From NCBI GenBank assembly GCA_002269645.1, contig NIVC01002721.1, positions 62,001 to 126,000 on the forward strand: 64,000 nt of DNA, read 5' to 3'. Position numbers and translations under genes: made by a program. The notes below the pieces were generated by a model. The model was not told the DNA's origin. It saw only the letters and a list, made by a program, of their open reading frames with translations, and did no database searches. Source of the stretch: Macrostomum lignano. Lineage: Eukaryota. Below are positions 57,141 through 64,000 of this stretch, piece by piece. Each line of letters begins with the position of its first letter. Position 1 is the stretch's first letter.

Positions 57141-58526
57141 TCACGTGAACACTCGAAGCAAAAACTCCACCCTGTTGCCTTCAATCAGGGTCTCAATGCG
57201 AGGAATGACAACATAATCGCCAGGTCGCAGACTTGCTCTTGAAACAAATTGTCTTTCCAACTCCGTTCCCGTGAATCGCATCAAAGGTTCGCCTTCGGGC
57301 AACTTTCCCGGATAAATTTCAATGATTTTCTTGGCGAATTCCGAGCCATCAGGGTACAGATGGCGTCGTTCGCCCTCTTCCAAACTGATAATGACGTACG
57401 CCGACCCATCCGGATTTGCTGACGCACCGGAAACGGTAAAGCTGAAGCGGTCGTCATGATAGAACTCATCCGGACCCTGGTTCATCGTCCACGCTCCGTA
57501 GACCTTCTTGCCAGTCCACTCTGACCCGGTCACGCCGCAGTCTAAATTTCTGGCCAAATGAAGAATTTGAACGGACTCAAACATTTGCACGAAATCAGAC
57601 AACTCAATTGTAGTTTCACCTTCTGTAGCATTGGCTTGCAACTGGTACCAGTCGGATGACAAGCGGGTATATTCTTGATCTAGCAAAGCTCTTCTATAAT
57701 CCAAAATCTTCACAACATCGATTGAACTGCCGTCCCGTGGAACCTGAGCAGTGCCGCTAATAATATAATGGCCTCCTGGCGGCAGGTTGGGCAATTTTTT
57801 CATGCATTTTTCAGCGTCATCGCTGCTTTCATTGCGTGCACAGAACGCTTCAACGATCAGTTCCCGTTTTAAAGCTGACTGCAATATTTTCAGTAAATCG
57901 TCCACCTTGATTTCTCTTACATAGATTTCTTCGCAAACTCCACCAGTGAGTAGTGGCAATAGCTCTAACGATGCGCAAGTTGGTACATCTTCGTATGAGC
58001 CGAACAGCTTGGCAAAAGCCTTCTCGAGTAGGCACAGCCAGAACTGGCCACGGTGAGTTCCGGAAAACGCTAGTTCCCCGTTTATAGTAGGGAGCCGATC
58101 GTCAATAGTGAGCTCAAATTCTTGGCCAAATTGGCGAAAGATGAAGCGAACAGAGCCGTCATAGTTCTTGCCGTGCAGTGTCTGACCCGGTGGAATAACG
58201 CTGTGTAAGAGGTCCTGCCGATTTCCGATTTGGGCTAGACATAGTAATAAGCAATAGTTGGCACTTTGACCTCTGACGTTCGCGTTGAATCCCGACCCGA
58301 CGTTAACGTCTCCGACCTCGAACAGTAGTGCTGTGCCATTTCCGGTCATTTCGTGCGGCCTTAGCCAGACTAAAGGTTTAGAATGGTATCTTCCTGATGT
58401 CGAATGGGCCTGATGCTCATCATCCTGTCCGGCATGTACAGAACTGTAATCGGCTGGAAATTCCGGATCTTTAAGCGGCTTTTCTCCGGGTTTCAGCTTT
58501 TTAACCGCTTTGAAAAGTCTCTTCAT
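57141..58526 (-). CDS. Calpain-like protein (461 aa), intronless, predicted catalytically inactive
   Basis: DPEFPAD, WLRPHE, IDDRLPT, FWLCLLEKAFAKLFGSYE and EFLLRVFT align with 47258-48691. QGELENCW is replaced by RGQSANYC, and NPWG by DYRR. Confidence 0.88.
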   Translation of the reverse strand: MKRLFKAVKKLKPGEKPLKDPEFPADYSSVHAGQDDEHQAHSTSGRYHSKPLVWLRPHEMTGNGTALLFEVGDVNVGSGFNANVRGQSANYCLLLCLAQIGNRQDLLHSVIPPGQTLHGKNYDGSVRFIFRQFGQEFELTIDDRLPTINGELAFSGTHRGQFWLCLLEKAFAKLFGSYEDVPTCASLELLPLLTGGVCEEIYVREIKVDDLLKILQSALKRELIVEAFCARNESSDDAEKCMKKLPNLPPGGHYIISGTAQVPRDGSSIDVVKILDYRRALLDQEYTRLSSDWYQLQANATEGETTIELSDFVQMFESVQILHLARNLDCGVTGSEWTGKKVYGAWTMNQGPDEFYHDDRFSFTVSGASANPDGSAYVIISLEEGERRHLYPDGSEFAKKIIEIYPGKLPEGEPLMRFTGTELERQFVSRASLRPGDYVVIPRIETLIEGNRVEFLLRVFT

Positions 58527-59379
58527 TTTTTCAGTAGAGTTGGTTTAGTCAAACATACTGTCGTATCTACCTCGATAAGACTAAGAGATAAGAATGAATA
58601 GACAACAAGCTTTTATCAAAATTTAGTCTATGGAAATGAGTATCACATTTAACTGGCGCTCGCTAAGGTCCCGGGTTCGATTCTGCAGTTTGCGAACGAA
58701 AACGTACCATTATACCAGTCAATCTTCAAACACAAGGTGTGTACCTGCCTGGCAATGAGATGAGCAATGAGCTAAAGTACTAAAACAAAATGCTAAGTTT
58801 GTCAGTAGCTACAATATTAAGATTCATTTTTCAGTTTACCGAGCATAATTATCAAACAGCCGCTTCAAGTCAGTATAATTGACGCTACAAGCTAGATGTA
58901 AAATTGTCCTTGGTTGCTGCGAATGATTCTCCAGCAAACTTCACCGTTTCATCCTAGTGGTAACAGAAACGTCGGTATGTTTAAAAAACGCTTGGCAACA
59001 TGCCATCAGCTTACAACTCAGAAGTCACAGCTCGGGTTCTACAACTGAGGAGTCGAGACAATCATGTTTCAAAGGCCGTCAATCGAGTGATGCTGACGCT
59101 CCAAAGCGATGAAGAGCGGACAGTGCAAGATGCTGTTGAACCGATGTTAAGGTCGGGCAACGTGAACTACCGCGGCTGAAGGCAGTGAACGGAAGGTACC
59201 AGCTGCTCTGCTCTTCACGACTGGATGAAACTGTTCATCGGCCGCCCAGCCACTCTGAATGACCTCCAAAGCAGCCCTGCAGAACGCAGTGGCCTTGTCG
59301 TTCGTTAACTTTGTCCTACCTCGTTTACCTTGTCCTACATTCTCAACTCTTACCTGTTGTTCGACCTAACTTGTTCTTA

Positions 59380-59800
59380 GTTTAAACATGCAGGGATCTT
59401 AGAGCCGTCAGCATGGTACCCTCAGGGCATGGCTGCTTTTCTCGCTACCGCTTCCTTCAGGGCAGGGTAGAGCGATGCTTCTTTTGTCGCTCAGGCAGTG
59501 AAAACGCTGAGCACTTTATCTGCCACTGCCCCCGGTCTTCACCAGGGCCAGGCTCACTCAACTCGGGCCAAACCTGGTTTTCCCTGACGTTTGCGGGTTC
59601 GAGAGCATACCGCTGCTCGCCCGGTACCTCAGGGACACGGGACGAGCTGAGTTCTTCTCCACCGCCGGTGAGGAGGACCGCGCGGCAGGTGAAATCGACG
59701 GGTCCCCCTGAGAGACATCACTTTGATGGAAAACATTGGTCGCCAGTGGCCAGCGAAATGGGCGGCGCGCCTCCTCCGCCTAGCGTTGCCCCCTGCAGCT
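59380..59800 (+). mobile_element. Non-LTR retrotransposon 3' remnant with a CCHC zinc knuckle
   Basis: GHGCFSRY...CFFCRSGSENAEHFICHCPR matches the C-terminal C-x2-C-x7-H-x4-C motif of LINE ORF2 proteins. Confidence 0.65.
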
Positions 59801-60849
59801 GAGTCAACTCTATTGACGAGTAGATCGACCCATTGACAATAGAATAGAATTGTACACAATCACCCGGGAGAACAGCTAAACTGACAATTTATCCCAGAAT
59901 AGCGTCAAAAGAGAAAACGCAGAATGCGGTCTGTTTTCCGAAATTTGCGCATCATACAGCGCATACAGCGTCCCCGTTTTATCTGTTGCTTTAGCTATTA
60001 AAAGCATCGCAGTTTGTAATGCAACAACTGTGTAAAAATACCTACCTTGTACCTAGTTGCATTGGTATAAAATGAATAATGAAAAGTTAATGAATAATAA
60101 TAGCCTAATCGATTCGTTTTGGCCGAAAAATAAGCTTCTTTAAGCTTCGTTGCTTCTCTCTGACCGCTCGCCCTGTGACTGTATTGTTTTGCTAACTTTC
60201 TAACGACGGCAAACCCAAAACAGAAATTATATGCGCAAATCTAAAAAGCAGGCATTCCGTCACGCTAGACGCCTCGGGTAGCTGCAACACCCACTGAGTT
60301 TGTTTATTTCTTCTCAGCAAATTTTGTGGTTTTTGCGAGTCAAAAACGAACAAAAAAGTTTTAAAGACATTTAATTTAAGCTACTCGACAAGCACTTTGA
60401 TTTGCAATACTCGCCAAGTTGGAGGTTCCTTGCGATCTTTTCAGCAGCCAAGTTTACAGAAAGTTTAAACCGCATGCATAAGGAGAGTAATCTTTGCTGC
60501 AAGTGAAAGCGACGTGGACTTTTAGCCATTTGTGCTGTTGCGTGCAAGGTGAAGGTGTTAAATTACAACCTTAAACAGGTATGCGTTGTACGAGACTGCA
60601 AAAATTTCGAGTGTATTTTGTATTCAGGATTCAAATTGTCGTGGGAGCGAATGCAGGTTTAAATTTGCAATGATTTTGCAAGAACAGAAAGGATGAGAGC
60701 GCAAAGTTATTTCCAAACTGGTTCGGTCTTAGCTTAGAGCTACATGTAGGTCGCAACTCTGTCTAACAAAAATGAAATATTCTGTCTGAAATACCAGTAC
60801 TATCTAACAGGTGTCTACCATTCTGCCTAGCCGGTGTGTGAGGGATTAT

Positions 60850-62101
60850 CTTGTCTAACAGATGTGTGACACTATCCTGTCTAACAGATGTGTGACACTA
60901 TCCTGTCTAACAGGTGTGTGACACTATCCTGTCTAACAGATGTGTGACACTGTCCTGTCTAACAGGTGTGTGACACTGTCCTGTCTAACAGGTGTGTGAC
61001 ACTGTCCTGTCTAACAGGTGTGTGACACTATCCTGTCTAACAGGTGTGTGACACTATCCTGTCTAACAGGTGTGTGACACTATCCTGTCTAACAGGTGTG
61101 TGACACTATCCTGTCTAACAGGTGTGTGACACTATCCTGTCTAACAGGTGTGTGACACTATCCTGTCTAACAGGTGTGTGACACTGTCCTGTCTAACAGG
61201 TGTGTGACACTATCCTGTCTAACAGGTGTGTGACACTATCCTGTCTAACAGGTGTGTGACACTATCCTGTCTAACAGGTGTGTGACACTATCCTGTCTAA
61301 CAGGTGTGTGACACTATCCTGTCTAACAGGTGTGTGACACTATCCTGTCTAACAGGTGTGTGACACTATCCTGTCTAACAGGTGTGTGACACTATCCTGT
61401 CTAACAGGTGTGTGACACTATCCTGTCTAACAGGTGTGTGACACTGTCCTGTCTAACAGGTGTGTGACACTATCCTGTCTAACAGGTGTGTGACACTATC
61501 CTGTCTAACAGGTGTGTGACACTATCCTGTCTAACAGGTGTGTGACACTATCCTGTCTAACAGGTGTGTGACACTATCCTGTCTAACAGGTGTGTGACAC
61601 TATCCTGTCTAACAGGTGTGTGACACTATCCTGTCTAACAGGTGTGTGACACTATCCTGTCTAACAGGTGTGTGACACTATCCTGTCTAACAGGTGTGTG
61701 ACACTATCCTGTCTAACAGGTGTGTGACACTATCCTGTCTAACAGGTGTGTGACACTATCCTGTCTAACAGGTGTGTGACACTATCCTGTCTAACAGGTG
61801 TGTGACACTATCCTGTCTAACAGGTGTGTGACACTATCCTGTCTAACAGGTGTGTGACACTATCCTGTCTAACAGGTGTGTGACACTATCCTGTCTAACA
61901 GGTGTGTGACACTATCCTGTCTAACAGGTGTGTGACACTGTCCTGTCTAACAGTGTGTGACACTATCCTGTCTAACAGGTGTGTGACACTATCCTGTCTA
62001 ACAAGTGTGTGACACTATCCTGTCTAACAGGTGTGTGACACTGTCCTGTCTAACAAGTGTGTGACACTGTCCTGTCTAACAAGTGTGTGACACTATCCTG
62101 T
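60850..62101. repeat. 26-bp satellite (TCCTGTCTAACAGGTGTGTGACACTA)n, ~48 copies
   Basis: Almost invariant direct units. Confidence 0.97.
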
Positions 62102-62867
62102 GAAACAGTCGTGTGTGTGTTGCACTCTATCATGTGTATCACTTATGCACTGTAAAAAAGGTGCGAAAGTTAGACACAGTACAAAACACTTAGAAACTGT
62201 GAAAATATTCAGAATAAAATTATACGTTAAGTCACTAATTTTTTTGAACTCATTCAGAATTCCCAAACACAGCCGAGATCTCGGTTCTGAAAAGAGCTGC
62301 TCGAATAATGAATGACTCATGCCGGTAAACGCAAGCTTATATGCATACATGTCTACACATGTAAACATGCAGTCAGAATTGCCGAAAATTCGGGTTTATA
62401 AAGACGCGAATTAATGCCAAGCCATGGAAACTTGATCCGTTTCATTCGCAATATTATATATGTGCAGCATTGGCGGAGTGCTGTGACAGGCTCTGCATGC
62501 ATGCGGTGTAACTCCGCGGGTGCCAAAAGAAAGTGGTTTTCTCTGACAGTGTTCCCCCGCATGCCTGCTGTTGCTACCAGCTTCTGGAGTCATACAATCC
62601 AATTATATTATTAGCTTTTTCACCTGTGGTCGAATCGGAGAAGCTCTTGACTAAGCAATTAGGTTAAAAAAGCAAGCCGGTCGCCCAGGAGTCGAACAGG
62701 CTCAGGCCAACACTATAAAGAATGAAATGTTGCCATTTTAGCCCTAGAAATTGCGTAGAATCCTAATTAATAAAAAACGCCTACGGCCGCTCTCTTTCTG
62801 CCACGAGCAACTTCTCGAAAGTTAGGAAAACTCTGCAGACAAAAAAGCCCAGCGCCTGGACAAAGTT

Positions 62868-63713
62868 ATGGACACCACGCCGATCTATGCGGCGTCCGAT
62901 GTGGAACGACTGAAACTGCAGGACGCATATGGCTACGCCACCTACAGGGGTAGGCGGAGTCACGGCAGAGTTCAAGCCACCGCTATCAACTTCCTGCCAC
63001 CGTCGATGGAGAATCAGGAGTCATTGAAACAGTTCCTAATGTCGCCTCAGTCGGCGGCTTGTCGGCGAAGGCTGTCACGAGACCAGTTCGGACGTAGTTC
63101 GGTTCGAGTGTCGTCTAGGAGGCACGGCTCAGGTATTGAAGCCTTTGTAGCTTCTCTTGCGGAAGCTGAGGCACCCAAGGATGAGTCATCACTGGCGACA
63201 GAGACCGGCGATCAAGAGGTGGCGATAAATCATCAGCAGCCGCATCAAGTGCTGGTTGAAGCTCAGATGAATGGTGCGCTGCGCTTCTTTTTATTCATTG
63301 GTTAAGTTTTTGAGTGACAAGACACGTGAGTGAGTGAATGGCACCCTCGACCTGAAGTAACCCCCCCGCTCATAAATCAGAATCTGAAGCGTGACCTCAG
63401 CAAGGAGTTAGAGTCATTATCGACCCTGAAGTGATCTCATTTGAAGCTGTAGGGATCCCTTAAGGCTCTAGCGACTTAAAAATAAAGTACAGTAACCCCT
63501 GAGCTGAATTGGTTTTTTTCTGCTGAATATTCCATTGCCAGGACCAACCACTGCTCACCAAGAGCTGCCAGATCTTACAGAGGAAGCCGACACAGAGGAT
63601 GACATTCTACCAGCCGTCATTGCAGCCGGGATGTCTAATAAAAATTCGGCAGAAGTTCTCACAACAAAACCACCGTCTCCGTCACCACCACTGCCTCGGC
63701 AACTGCCACAGCC

Positions 63714-63750
<37 letters not shown>

Positions 63751-63981
63751 CTCTCCACCACCAAAGCCACTACCGAAGCCAGTCGTTGCCGCGGGCAGTC
63801 GAGGCGCCGTGATGTCTCCAACGACTCGACACTCGTATCACGAGGCGATGGAAGCAATCGCGTTTATCGACGATCTTGGCTGCTCGTCTTCCAGTGGTTC
63901 GGCGAGGTCATCGACGTCAACTCTGCGCAGAGCGGACGGCAGCCCCCAGCTGCCTCTTCCGCCGCCGCCGAAAAATTTTGA
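62868..63981 (+). CDS. Unknown protein with a poly-Q, low-complexity region; two exons, possibly continuing past the window end
   Basis: Exon 62868-63132 (donor gtattg) and exon from 63542 (acceptor ttgccag) join in phase 1. GC-rich, coding-like composition; no recognisable domain. Confidence 0.5.
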
Positions 63982-64000
63982 AGATGATTATCAGGTGAGC

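Noticed and set aside
58664-58690. GGTTCGATTC B-box fragment
   Set aside because: No matching A box or tRNA structure; at most a SINE scrap.
60850-62101. CRISPR-like regular repeats (also 34335-34770 and 55048-55452)
   Set aside because: The units are head-to-tail with no unique spacers, there are no cas genes, and the context is eukaryotic.

Overview
Eukaryotic (animal) genomic DNA with GT-AG spliced genes, introns packed with micro- and minisatellites, and many transposon remnants. The style suggests a flatworm such as Macrostomum, but that is inference. The first 26 kb holds conserved genes: an HPS5/TECPR2-like WD40 gene (5' part), UBA3, two tandem zinc-dependent MDR dehydrogenases, ESF1 and a 7-exon STK32/YANK kinase. 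The 26-64 kb part is accessory. It contains a decayed mariner, several MITEs with target-site duplications (TSDs), two F-box paralogues (one a pseudogene), tRNA-derived SINEs, LINE fragments and a PHIS-like DNA transposon. It also holds an intronless ORF with a bacterial/phage-type ParB motif. The most interesting structure is a cluster (44-58.5 kb) of four highly divergent ~160-aa secreted proteins. They share a hidden signature (C-x5-[WY] after the signal peptide and a C-terminal GG-x-C), and three have an ATG-only first coding exon. They are interleaved with two intronless calpains, one with an intact catalytic triad and one with the catalytic Cys replaced by Tyr. Several single-base frameshifts may be assembly errors. 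All alignments and coordinates were done by eye.
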